Assembly: GCF_018350175.1 (NCBI RefSeq)
Contig: NC_058382.1
Coordinates: 59,522,001-59,586,000, forward strand
Length of the DNA: 64,000 bases
Origin: Felis catus
Taxonomy: Eukaryota
Reading direction: 5' to 3'
Shown: in pieces, positions 39,116-49,900 of the stretch
How positions within the stretch are numbered: the stretch's first letter is position 1
How the letters are laid out: the number at the start of each line of letters is the position of its first letter
Notes under the pieces: model-generated
Database searches by the model: none
Told to the model about the DNA's origin: nothing
Seen by the model: the letters and a program-made list of their open reading frames with translations, nothing else
Made by a program: the position numbers and the translations under genes

Positions 39116-39350
39116 GGGGCGCCTGGGTGGCTCAGTCAGTTAAGCATCCAACTTCAGCTCAGGTCATGATCTCATGGTCTGTGAGTTCGAGCCCCACGCC
39201 GGGCTCTGTGCCGACAGCTTAGAGCCTGGAGCCTGCTTTGGACTCTGTGTCTCCCTCTCTCTCTGCTCCTCCCCTGCTCATTCTCTCTCTTTCTCTCTCT
39301 CTCGCTCAAAAATAAACATTTTTAAAAAATTTTGTAATAAATAAGTAAAA
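39116..39350 (+). mobile_element. CanSINE (SINEC_Fc2-like)
   Basis: Canonical head, CT body and A tail. Confidence 0.92.
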
Positions 39351-39869
39351 AATGACCTTCAAGCCACAGGAAAAAAAATCAACTTAAAATGGATCACAAA
39401 CCTAAACACAAACTATAAACTATAAAACTTCTAGGAAAAAAAAAACACAGGAGAAACCTTTCCAATCTTGGCTTAGGCAAAGATTTCTTAGAAATGCTTA
39501 GAATGCATGTGCCACTGCTGTGCTGGCAGGGATGGAGGGGGAGAGGGCGCTGGGGTAGAGGGGGGAGGGGTAGAGGGGGGAGGGTGCAGCTAAACAAGAT
39601 CCAGAAAAGATCAAACTGACAAACTGCACTTCGTCAAAATTTAAAACTTATGCTCTGTGAAAGATACTGAGAAGAGAATAAAAGGATAAGTCAAGAACAC
39701 GGAGCAAATATTTGCAAATTAACTATTTCATAAAGAAAGTATATATCCAGAATACATAAAGAATTCTCACAACTCAATAGTAAAAAAAAAAAGCAAACAA
39801 CCCAATTTTTGTAAATGGGCAAAATATCTGGAGAGACATCTACGTATCAAGTAAGATGCGCAGATGGCA

Positions 39870-40100
39870 GGGGCGCCTGGGTGGCTCCATCAGTTAAGCG
39901 TCCGACTTCGGCTCAGGCCATGATCTCACAGGTCGTGGATTCGAGCCCCATGTCGGACTCTGTGCTGACAGCTCGGAGCTCAGAGCCTGGAGCCTGCTTT
40001 GGATTCTATGTCTCCCTCTCTCTCTGCCCCACCCCTGCTTATGCTCTGTCTCTGTCTCTCAAAAACGAATAAACATTAAAAAAAAAAAAATTTTTTTTAA
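39870..40100 (+). mobile_element. CanSINE (SINEC_Fc2-like)
   Basis: Canonical head. TSD aagtaagatg(c/t)gcagatg. Confidence 0.93.
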
Positions 40101-41008
40101 AGTAAGATGTGCAGATGACGAAAGCATATGGAGGAGACCCTTGGCATCACTAATTACTATGGAATTAAGTGGTGGAATTTAGCCACCTATTACGATGGCT
40201 AAAATTTAAAAGACTGACCAAACCACGTGTCAGTGAAAATGTGGAGGGACTGGAACTTTATACAATGCTGGTGGGAATGTCAAATAACACAACCATTTTC
40301 GGAAAACAGTTGCCAGTTTCTTAAAAAGTTACACGTACCCCTACGGCATGATCCAACAACTCGCCCAAGAGAAATGAAGGCACGTTCACACAAAGACTTG
40401 TACACAAACGTTCACAGCAGCCTTACTGCTAAGAGACAAAACTGCTGGAAATGATGCCAATGTCCTTCAGGGGGCGAGAGGCTACACTGTGGCTGATTCA
40501 GATGACAGAGCACTCTCCAGTACTCCTCAGCGACCACATGGATGAAACTCAAAAATAATTACGCTAAGGGAAGGAAGCCAGAGTACCCACCACACGACTC
40601 CATTTATATAAAATCCAAGGAAACGCAGACTGGCCGCCAGCAACAGAAACAGACCAGCAGTTGCCAGGGATGGTGGGGCAGGGAAGGCTGGGTGCAGTTG
40701 CAAAGGGCACAAGGAAACCCTTCAGGGTTGTGTGTATATGTACATTAACTCAATGACGGGGGTGGTTCCACAGTGTGTATCTATGTAGAGATTTAGCAAA
40801 CTGCCCACTTCACACGTGTGGTTATCGCATGTCAATCTTAACTCCATAAATCTGGTTTAAAATAAAAATCCCGATTTAAAGAAAAACACCAACTGTCTCC
40901 CAGAAATTGTAAAACATCACTCATGTAATATCTATGATGCTGAGATGTGACTGGTCCCCTTAAGTTCACCCTGGACTCAGATGAAGAAGCCTGGCTCAAG
41001 TCACCTAC

Positions 41009-41146
41009 CTGCTTTCGGGGTCTCAGGGACAAAGGGACCCAGTAAGGCAGGGCAGCCTTGACCCTGGGCATGGGCAGGCAGCCCCCGAACCTGGCCTGGC
41101 ACTCACAGCAGATGGGCTCTCGAACAGCGCTGGGGACAGGATACAT
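41009..41146 (-). CDS. C16orf95: C16orf95 exon 3, 138 nt, phase 0-0
   Basis: Acceptor gctcatgctcag|ATG, donor CAG|gtaggt. Translates MYPVPSAVREPICCECQARFGGCLPMPRVKAALPYWVPLSLRPRKQ. Confidence 0.92.
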
Positions 41147-41655
41147 CTGAGCATGAGCCAGAAAAGACAGAATTAAACACGCTGTTACATTTAGCGATGT
41201 GAGCCGAGGAACTCTCTGGAATAGTCCATCAATGCTCAGAGAGAGCCAGGGTTGAGGCAGGGTGTCCAAGGGCAGGGAACAGGGGCCTCAGCTCCTTCTG
41301 CAGCTCAAAAAGAGGCAGGCTACCACGGCTCACCCTCCAGAGTCATCTAGACAGAGACCAGCAGAGCTTGCAGACCAGGTCGTGAGGATCCCCGGCCATT
41401 TACGGTCACATTGCCGTGTGCATGGCTGGGGAAGTACAATCAACTACAATGGGGGCTGCTCTTTTTGTGGTTATGTCAGGGGTGGGGGAGGCAGTGGGTG
41501 ACCCTACATAGAGATACTAGGGGCCGGGTGATGGGCCCCATGTCTGACACAGCCTCATGAGGTGTGGCTTTTGGATGCACCCACATTCTCCACTCTCCCC
41601 AACCCACGGGCATGTTGGAGTTGGGGCAAAGACCCTGAGTGTTTGCTTTCCTTAC

Positions 41656-41707
41656 CGAATAATCTATGAGGCACACTTCTTTCCCAAAGATTTGAAATGT
41701 GCTCTTC
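41656..41707 (-). CDS. C16orf95: C16orf95 exon 2, 52 nt
   Basis: Acceptor ttcttgttttctag|G, donor TCG|gtaagg. Translates KSTFQIFGKEVCLIDYS, resembling human NSTFQTYKKEVCLPRHS as recalled. Confidence 0.85.
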
Positions 41708-42899
41708 CTAGAAAACAAGAACAGGAAGGCTTAGAAAGTTCTGGGCTTTGGGTACATTGGGAGACAGGGCTGTTGGGCGACGACCTGGACCAGATTTCTT
41801 GAAACTGACTCTTGTCATTAAACCCCAGGGAGGGAGGGGTCATCCTTCTGAGACTCAGAGGGTGTAGGGGCTGACAACAGAGTCAGGTGTATGCACGCTC
41901 ACATGCCGACATCTAGGGGGTCCCTGAATGCCGGGCTCGTGTAAAATCCCGTGTTCCCAAACCTAGTTGCTTCACGCACGCTCCAGCTAAACTTGTGCTA
42001 AGCCCTTCAGGAAAGAAAGCAAGCTCCAACCTGCTGAGAACTTCCCAAGCCCTGGAGCTGCCAACCACCACACCTAGGACATCCCCAAGCTTCTACTTGG
42101 GGAAAAGACAGTCAAACCTGTCCATTAAATCAAAGTCCTTCCAGCATAACCTGAATGCTCTGTCTCTGGGATGACAAAAGCATTTAGGGCTGCACAGACC
42201 GTGTTACCCTTCCCCATTGTCCCCCCTACCCCTGCAACAAACTGCTAGAATGCCATATGGGGTCTCCAGTGGGCATGAATGGATCACACAGCAAAGCAAC
42301 TTTTCCCTGACAGTGATGGGGCCGGGGGGGAGGGGCGGTTCTGCAGCATGGAAACCGTAGGAGTGACACGGTGTTTTGGGGTTTCATTTTTACCGTGATC
42401 ACCACCACTACTGCTGTCTTATTACAGCAACAGCTTCGGGTCATTGAGCTCTCTCAGCACACCCAGCTGCCGCCAGAAAACACGGGATGCGGCCCCTGCG
42501 CGCATCCTCCCCCTGCTGGTAATGACTGCATCGCTAGTTCCTTAAGGGGCCACCCCTGTCTCCGCCCCCACCGCTCAGCCCCCCAGCCCAGAGGCTAAGG
42601 CCCAGCTCTCTGAGGACGTTGGCTCAGAAGGGGGACATTACCCAAGTCAGCCCAGAGAAACTCATTTGGGGACTGGGGGCCAAAATTTAGGGGAAAAAGA
42701 ATGTCCTTTTGTGTGGAGGTTGGAAGCCTCAGGTCTCGGCTCCAGGAGGGAAGCCGCCCCGCAAGCAAGCGGAGCTGACAGATGGACAAAGCAGTCCCCG
42801 ACCACAGTCCCTGAGCATCTGGATACACCCGTGTCTGAAGAGCTGCCCTCCGTTCCCAGCCGGTGGAACAGTAACCCGCCCCCCGGAGCTCCCGTCAGC

Positions 42900-43760
42900 G
42901 CAGACGTGCCCTCTGCCCTGCCTACGGGACACAAGCTACCGCTGGGCCGGGGTGACGTGGGGCCCGGGCGCCTGGCGGCGGGGCTGGGGCTGCCCCGGGT
43001 GCGGTGTCCGCGGCCCGGCGTGAGGGGCTCAGGCACGCACCTGCCTGCCGCGACGCGCTCCGGGGAGTGCGTGCTGACAGACCCAACGGACACCCGGGGC
43101 GCCCGGAAGTGCCCGCCGCGGCTGTGACAGGGTGACGGGGTGGGAGGGAGCGGTGACCATCGTGAGGCGGCTGACGACACCACGGCCGGCTCCCACGCGT
43201 GCGGCTCCTCCCTGCAGCCAACGAGCACACGCACGCCGCGCACGGGCCCGCCCACCCCCAGGTCCCGCCCCTTCCGCCCGCCGGCCTCTCCAGGTCCCGC
43301 TCTTCCGGCCCGACGGCGCCGCTGACTGGCCCAAGCTCAGCCAATCACACGCCGTCTTTTAGGTATGTGCCCTCATCTGACGGCTGACTGGTCCCTGGCG
43401 GCACGGGCTCGAGGACGTAGGGTCGGCAGGTCGGACCGAGGCGGAGCGTAGCTGGATTCCCGGGCTGGAGCGGGGTTCAGAATCTCTGCCCGGGTCTCCG
43501 GCGCTGAATGGTGAAAAGGCAGTGGCCCCCGGCCGGGCGTAACTCGTGGCGCCCTCAGGCCGCCGGTTGCCTCTCTCAAGTTCCGACGGAGCGGTGCGCA
43601 CTGCATCTCACGTGGTGGCCGCCTAGCCAGCCCAGGCCTGGACGCTGCGGTCCCGACGGTGCCTGCCTGCGTGGCCCCGAGTCCCCGCGCTATGCGCGGT
43701 CGCTGGACGCGAGACTGGCCGCGCGTCTTTACAGACCGGATGAGGTCTGCCTCTCCGTGT
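42900..43760. promoter_or_regulatory. CpG island promoter of C16orf95
   Basis: Very high GC and dense CpG relative to the flanks. GC box cccgcccc 43264-43271, ETS-like cttccgg 43302-43308, CCAAT 43341-43345. Lies 1.3 kb upstream of exon 2. Confidence 0.85.
43045..43160 (-). CDS. C16orf95: Probable C16orf95 first coding exon (3' boundary 43045 via GC donor, or 43041 via GT donor)
   Basis: ATG at 43160 in strong Kozak context (acgATGG). Translates MVTAPSHPVTLSQPRRALPGAPGVRWVCQHALPGARRG(R), only weakly similar to the human N-terminus as recalled. The donor is ambiguous (see findings). Confidence 0.45.
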
Positions 43761-46700
43761 TGTTCTGCTTTATCCCAGACTCCAGTTTCCAACTCTTGCA
43801 AACGAGTTTACCCCCACCTTTTAGTATTTTCATGCCGACTGTAATATTCTCCGTTAATCCAGTGTTTGCCCAAACCAACACGAGTAACTAACCCTGACGG
43901 GCGGCACCCCGATGGGCTGCCTCCTAGCCGTGGAGCGAACAGGATGCGCCCGGGCACTGCTCAGGTTTTTTGGCTCCGCTGCTGAACTGTTAGGGTCAGA
44001 ACCTATGAACAGGGCTGAACTTCCAGCCAGGGCTCACATGTATGCTGTTTGGCCGGCATCCAAGCTCACTGGGCAGTGCCCCTGCCATATTAGCTGCCAC
44101 ATAGTTCAAACATCACCCCTGCGTGTTGTGTAAGTAATGTCACTAGTCTCTTTATTAACAGCTCATGACAAAATTGTCCAGGAATCTCACTACTAAACTA
44201 GCACTTTATTTACAGCTCTCTTGTCTCTGCCCGCCTGCCTTGGAGTCTCCATTCTCCTTCTGAGCCGACAGGAATATCACTGCAGCACAGAAGGCAGGCT
44301 CATGCTTCTGGAAGCTCTGGCACACTGTCTTGCTGTTTCATGTCAAGAATAGCTCATCCCTGCCCCCATCACCTCCCCCTCCTCAGAAGTGGCTAGAAGG
44401 TCTAACAAATGCCAGCTTTATTGAGGATGTGGCAGGTGGAACCCTCATACATTGCTCGCAAAATTGAAAACTATTGGCAAAACCGTTTGGCAATATTTAC
44501 AAAACCTAAACATCTGAATGAATAGCCTGTAACCAAACAGTGCCTTGCCCAGGTATACACTCCAAAGAAATAAGAACTTAGTCCACCAGAAGGCACACAC
44601 AAACCCAGCCAAAGCAACTTTTAACAGCTTCAAACCAGAAATGCCACAGATGTCCACTCGCAGGAGAAAAGATGAAAGAAACCAGAACACTACACAATGA
44701 CGAATAATACACAACCGCAACCCACAACAGTGTAGAAGAAGCCAGACCCCACAGCATGCAGTGGGTGCACTGCATGTGTCACTGTAGTGACTGCACACGG
44801 ACGACTGCAATCCAGGAAAGCAAATCCATCACCACACAGCGATCCAAAGCAGTCCTTGCCCACTCCGCCCTGAGTGCTCAGTCACAGGAGCTTGTTCCCA
44901 ACTCTGGCCCTGCCTGTGTGTTATCAGGAGGCTCGCCTCACTTCTCCAAGCCTGGGTGTCATCTGTAAAATAGAGCCATAGAACCAATCCACAGGACGTT
45001 GGAGAAGATGAGATTTAAGACCAGACACGGTGTAAGCCTCCCGGGCAGGTCAGCCTGTCGTTACAGAAGTGTGGCAGCTCCCTGTATTTTCCCTTTCCCT
45101 ACCCACTTAAGGCAGAGCTTGGCTCATTGCCACTGCCTCAGAGGAGAGAAGTCAGACCAGAGAAGCCTGCGGCCATTAAACATTTCTCGGTTTGGCTTTT
45201 GTTTCCAAAACCCCCAGGTAGGAGGAGGAGGAGGAACAGAGAGAGACCTGTATGTCCCAGAATCATGGGGTAGTTGTGCAGTGCGGTCACCAACCGAGGA
45301 TCCCCGGCTGAGAGCATGATGAGTGGGCCTGTGTTCCACCTGCACTGTTCCCTGGGCCCGTCCCCACTCCCGACCTTATATGACCTGCATAGGAGCACAC
45401 CGAGCTAGCAGGAGCCACCAGACCAGAGGGAACAGTCTGGCCTGGCTTGAAGGGGATGGAGAAGTGCTGGGCCACTGAGGCAGCCATGGCCAGCATCTGT
45501 GTGTCTCTTCCTCCCCATCCCCAGAGCACCCACGTGTCCATGGCTGTCAGCTCCTGTAACTGCCCGGAAATGACACCCAGCCACCAGAGAGTCTCCAGAC
45601 CCCTGTCTGGGGGCAGGCCAGGAGTGTCAGGATTAATGCCCCTGGGAGCAGCCCTCAGCAGTGACAGGGAACGTGGATAAGTATCTGAGCTTTTGTGCCC
45701 GCAGGTGGGACAGCTTGGGGCATGTTGCATACTGCCCCCCAGCTTCCCTGCAGGACCGGACCCCAGCTGCCCACATTCCTGCCCCCCTCCCTTGATGATG
45801 CCCTTTGCAATGCCCCTTGCTTCTCACCTCCCCATACCCTATCCCAGGTCATCTCCCCAATAATATACCTGCAGGTCCTAGCTCAGGACTGGCTTTTAGG
45901 GAAATCAGCCAGGACAGGCCCCTCCTGCCACCCCTGTGACCATCCCTGGCAGCCTGGAGGGGCTCTTTCAGATGGTCACGAAGCCTCGTGCCGCCTGCAT
46001 CTGGCACAGAGCCTGGGTCCAGGGCTAGCTGTGCCCTCAGAGAGCTGGTGGCAGAGGGGACTCTCCCCAGCCACTCCTGCGTGTGGGGAGGTGGCGGGGG
46101 GGGGGGGGGGGCAGGCTGCAACAGCACAGGGCTAAGTGAGCACCAACAAAGCTTTCCAAACCGACAAGCCCTGGGCAGGTGTAGAACAAGTGAAGGAGGG
46201 CGACCACAGCCTTGCCGGAGCTCAGGCAAGAGGAGTGACGCATCTCCAAACACCAGCAGGCACGGTCCACGTTCTTGCACGGTCCCTTGTTCCAAACCGG
46301 GTTTCCCAAAGATATGGACCTCCTCTAGTAGTCAGAGAAAAGGGCCTGTCCTCTACTCCAGACGAGGACCTGACCCACAGTTACAAGCAGGGGTGGGGCC
46401 AAGTGGGGATGCCCGTGTGACATGACAGAGCTGGCTGCCAAAACAGAGGGCCCAAAGGGGCAGGTCACACGCCCACCCCTGTGGGCAGACAGAACAAGGG
46501 AGAGGCCACCAGCAGGAAGGACACTGTCCTCAGGACCACCAGAGCGCTGCCGCCAGGGCTGTGGCTGGGGTACTGCCACCTCCCACTCCTCTTGGCTTGT
46601 CCACGTCCGTGTCTTTGAGAACCTTGTGACTACAAAAGCCTGTATTGTTGCTAACCCAGAAGTTGTGATTTTGTTTTGAAGTTTGCTATCACAGGATAAC

Positions 46701-46784
46701 CTTGCCTGACTGACCCATGACAGGCTCAGGAAAGGGGTTCTACAAAGCTAAGCCCGTGGGTTGGGTAAAAACAAGATTTAAAAA

Positions 46785-46990
46785 TATTTTTTTCAAACTT
46801 TTTAAGTAGGTTTCGCGTCCAGCGCAGAACCCAACACAGGGCTTGCACTCAGGACCCTGAGATCAAGATTCGGACGCTTAACCGACTGAGCTACCCAGCT
46901 ACCCCTAAACTTTTTTTTTCTTTTTTAAGTAATCTCTACACCCAAAGTGGGGCTCAAACTCACAACTCCAAGATCAAGAGTCACACGCTC
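46785..46990 (-). mobile_element. Two short/partial CanSINEs
   Basis: accctgagatcaaga...ttaaccgactgagctaccca and ggggctcaaactcacaactccaagatcaagagtca. Confidence 0.75.
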
Positions 46991-49900
46991 ACGTCCCTCA
47001 TTAGGAACACTTTGGGGTCTCTTGAAGTAACCCTTCGCAGCCTAGTCTGGGTCAAGGTCATGCCAGGTGCCACAGACTCTTGCAGTATGTTGTGTTAATG
47101 GCTCCCTGGAGGCAGAACTCACTTTTTCACTCAGATTGGGGCCCTGCATGTGACCGGCCCCAGTGGTGGGCATCATTCTGTACAAGTCTGCTGCCCCACA
47201 TCCTTACCCTTCCTTGTGGGGTCGCAGGCTCCATTGTCACCCCTTACTGTCCCTGCCTCTCCAACCACACCATTCTGGAGCTCTCTCTTCAGTGAGCTGT
47301 GTACCCTCAGCACCTTGGTCTCCCTTTCCTTCTCCCTCACCGTGTCCTGCACTCTGCTGAGATGCCACCACCACCACCCTTACCATCATCAGAGTGCCAT
47401 AAGAGGGACGCAGCCCAAGCCAGACAACCAGGCTCACAGAGAGTTTGTTCATTTCCAGATGCCTGTCATGTCTCAGCCCAGCACCAAGGACCCATGTCCT
47501 AGTGCTTTCCATGAGATCAGAGCGTCCTCTGGGATGGGCTCCACACCAGGTCTCCCCATGCCCATGGCGCTCTGGAAGCCTGCGCCCCAACAGAACTATG
47601 GGATGTTGGCAGCAGGGCAGAGACGCTCCATGGTGATAAGGGCCATCTACCCGGGCTCCGTAGCCTCTGTCCCCATCCCAGGTCTTGGAAGGAGCCTGAG
47701 GAGACAACAGGAATTGGGTCTAGGTACTCACTGGCCTCTGGTCCACAGGGGTGCCCAGCAGCAGCTCTCTGAACGACAATCTGTAGAGGGGCTGACCTGC
47801 CCATCCCCTGCAGGCTTAGGGCTCCCTGGCGGAGATGACAGCATCCCTGAGCCAGTGTCTGGGCACCTGCTGTCCACAGAGTGGTCACAGCGCTCTGCTG
47901 AGGTGGGCCCCAGGGCCGAGCCACTAACAGGTGGGACTCCCGAGACCGCATTCGGCCCAGCAGCACACCCAGACGACAAATCAGATCTACTTCCCAGGCC
48001 AGGCCTGTTCTAACCCAAATCCCCACGGCAGCCTCCTGCGCAATGCCTCCCACCTCCACCAGCAGTCCCTTCTCAGCTTGGCAGCCAGGGCTCCTGGGGG
48101 CTCTGAGTGCAAGACCCAGGCCTCCTTCTGTCCCTGGGACACCACGTGACCTGTGCCTGTGTGAATGCAAGCACACGCACATGCATAGAGACACAGACCC
48201 ACACGTAATGCACACGGTGTTATCTATGGTATTCAAAGGTCACGGGGGAGTATTAGAAAAGAGTCTAAGAAGGCTCCTTGGAGGGAGATGGTGAGTGAAA
48301 GAAGCCAGACTGGCACGCTGCGTGCTGTGGCTCTATTCTGGAAACTTGACGTTCTGAGAAAGGCAGAGCCATGGGATGCAGGCCAACCAGTGACCGCGGC
48401 TCGGAAAGGGGAGTAGGACTCTATCCCGATCGTGGTGCTTGTTCACAGCTGCGTGCACACGCTAAACATTCACATAAATCACAACGAACCTAACCAAGAA
48501 AAGGAAAAAGGACAGCTCAACCATCTGTCACCAAAGAGCGAGGGACAGCTATTTGTTAAAAACACGTTCCTCTGAGCCCTCTTCCCAAAAGATACTGGGA
48601 AAGGAGATAGTTGTTACACAGCATGGAGGACAGCCACGGAAGAGGTGTGCTGCATGCAGCACCAGAACCCTTAGCGGGGTTGGGAAGCTATGGATGCTCA
48701 AACCCTCTCCCCAGAGGCCGTGGTTCAGCATCCCGGGGCTGGGCAGGCATCTCCCTCCCTAAACTCCTGGTGGTGCTGAGCTGCACACCCGGCCACCCCA
48801 CGGGCCCAACCGCAGGCAGCACTACTGCCGACAATGGCCCTCGCCTTCTCCTGACCACCAGGGGCCAGGACAAGGGTGCCAGGGACGGTAGCACCGGTAC
48901 TGGGGGAAGCCAAAACTCCGGAGCACCAGAGACCCAGCTCCCGGGCCCCTGCCGAAGGTCCGGGAGTGACGTCCCTCCTGGGTTGAGGGAGACGGGCGAG
49001 GACACAGCACTTCACCCACAGACTAGGCCCTATAGGTACTGGGCCAGGCATCACCCAAGCCAGGCACCACAGTCCATATGCCTGCTTCTGTGTTGGCCTT
49101 GACACTCCACCGCACAGGGGATAGACCACACTCTGATAGGGTACCCCCGAGTGTCCAAGGGAGGCCCCTAGGCCCGTTTGGGGGACCATCTTGTGCTGTG
49201 ACCTGTGCAGGCTTGAGACCCTGCCGCTTGTTCACTGCTGTGTCTACAACGTTCAGCACCACGTGTGGAGCATGGAGGTGCAGGTACTGACCCCATGGTT
49301 CCCCACAAGGTGACCACCCACAGGAGACACCGGCCATGTCTGCAGGCATTTGGGGTTGCCATGATGGGGAGATCAGGGAGGATGTTCAATACCCTACAGC
49401 ATCAGATGGCCCGCACAGAACCCCATGCCCCCACACATGGGAGACTGAGCACCCAGCCAGCTCCAAACAAGCAGCTAGGGCTTGGGGACAGAGCAGCCCT
49501 AGGAGTCAGGAGGTGCTGAGCCAGCAGTGGGACTGGTCCCCATAAAGATCTTGGGTCTGTGGCTGGGTCACTGCAGGACAGCAAGGCCGTCTGGGAAGGG
49601 AAGGCTGGGTCTGCTTCTGAGACCTCCCTCTAGGGCCCCCCAACACATGAGGGCAGTCACTACCTCCTTCCCTCTGGTTCTGCTCCCCAAGAAACACCTG
49701 TTCCTCCCAGAGCTGGACATCCACACAAGGGCCTATGGGTGGAGGAAGGGGCTGCAGGCGCTGCCCTCCACGTGTGCAGAGCATCTGGCCCCTGCAGCCC
49801 TGTTTCCAAAAACCAGGTGCTGGGAAGACAGCCTTCCAGCACTCATGGATTTTCAAGTCATGCTGGCTGGTGTCACACGTGCATGCAGCCACCCTAAATC

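Larger units (their letters stand above)
38165..40870 (+). mobile_element. Degraded L1M (ORF2 to 3'UTR) in C16orf95 intron 3, with two SINE insertions
   Basis: atggcttcactggtaaat, aacagctaacatcacacttaatggtgaaa, aggcaagaaaaagaaataaaag, tgctggtgggaatg. Confidence 0.85.

Noticed and set aside
42226..42444. ATG ORF MTRSCCCNK with donor-like ACG|gtaaaa as alternative C16orf95 exon 1
   Set aside because: Weak donor, phase 0 (incompatible with exon 2), outside the CpG island and with no recognisable similarity. Not fully excluded as a minor exon.
47150..48013. 287 aa plus-strand ORF between the two genes
   Set aside because: Non-ATG start, no recognisable domain, and typical of stop-poor GC-rich non-coding DNA.
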